A stretch of 64,000 nt of DNA, from the NCBI RefSeq assembly GCF_004010195.1, contig NC_057751.1:7516446-7580445 (forward strand). The letters are read 5' to 3'. Both the position numbers and the translations under genes were made by a program. Below the pieces are notes generated by a model, which did no database searches, was not told the origin of the DNA, and saw only the letters and a program-made list of their open reading frames with translations. Every line of letters starts with the position of its first letter. Positions within the stretch are counted from its first letter, which is position 1. The DNA is from Chiloscyllium plagiosum (lineage: Eukaryota). Shown in pieces: positions 63,544 through 64,000 of the stretch.

Positions 63544-64000
63544 TAGACAATAGACAATAGGTGCAGGAGTAGGCCATTCGGCCCTTTGAGCAAGTACCAC
63601 CATTCATTATGATCATGGCTGATCATCCACAATCAGTATCCTGTTCCTGCCTTATCCCCACAACCCTTGATTCCATTATCTCTCAAAGCTCTATCCATCT
63701 TTTTTTTTAAAACATCCAGAAACTTGGCCTCCACTGCCTTCTGGGGCAGAACATTCCGTATATCCACTACTCTCTGGGTGAAGAAATCTCTCCTCAACTC
63801 TGTTCTAAACGACTTACCTCTTATTTTTAAACTGTATCCTCTGGTTCTGGACTCACCTGTCAGCGGAAACATGTTTCCTGCCTCCAGAGTGTCCAATCCA
63901 TTAATAATTTTATGCATCTCAATCAGATCCCTCTAAATTCAAGTGTATACAAGCCCAGTCGCTCCAATCTTTCAACATATGATAGTCCCGCCATTCTGGG
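63544..64000 (-). mobile_element. Young CR1 3' end inserted into the preceding CR1, running off the window
   Basis: (tagacaa) tail. Translation ESRTRGYSLKIRGKSFRTELRRDFFTQRVV. Confidence 0.93.

Overview
This is vertebrate genomic DNA, almost certainly from a shark or other cartilaginous fish. The evidence is many HE1-type tRNA-derived V-SINEs sharing a 3' tail with CR1/HER1-type LINEs, plus Deu-domain SINE remnants. I recognise no host protein-coding gene: every ORF with a recognisable product comes from a retroelement (CR1 ORF1 esterase and ORF2 EN/RT, L1/Tx1 ORF2, RTE RT, Penelope RT). The window reads as intergenic DNA or a large intron, with a few repeat-free AT-rich, enhancer-like islands and some orphan splice-site pairs. 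The main signals are: (1) 100-220 bp Penelope-derived mini-elements with 12-18 bp target-site duplications (TSDs) that carry minimal hammerhead ribozyme cores (CUGANGA-stem II-GAAA-CG-UC), as monomers or inverted pairs, with stem II covarying across subfamilies; (2) a young CpG-rich 670-bp solo LTR (TG...CA, 5-bp TSD, internal repeats) splitting an L1 ORF2; (3) a four-level nested insertion; (4) two local duplications of non-TE sequence. Boundaries of degraded repeats were read by eye and are approximate. Family names come from recognition, not from a database search.
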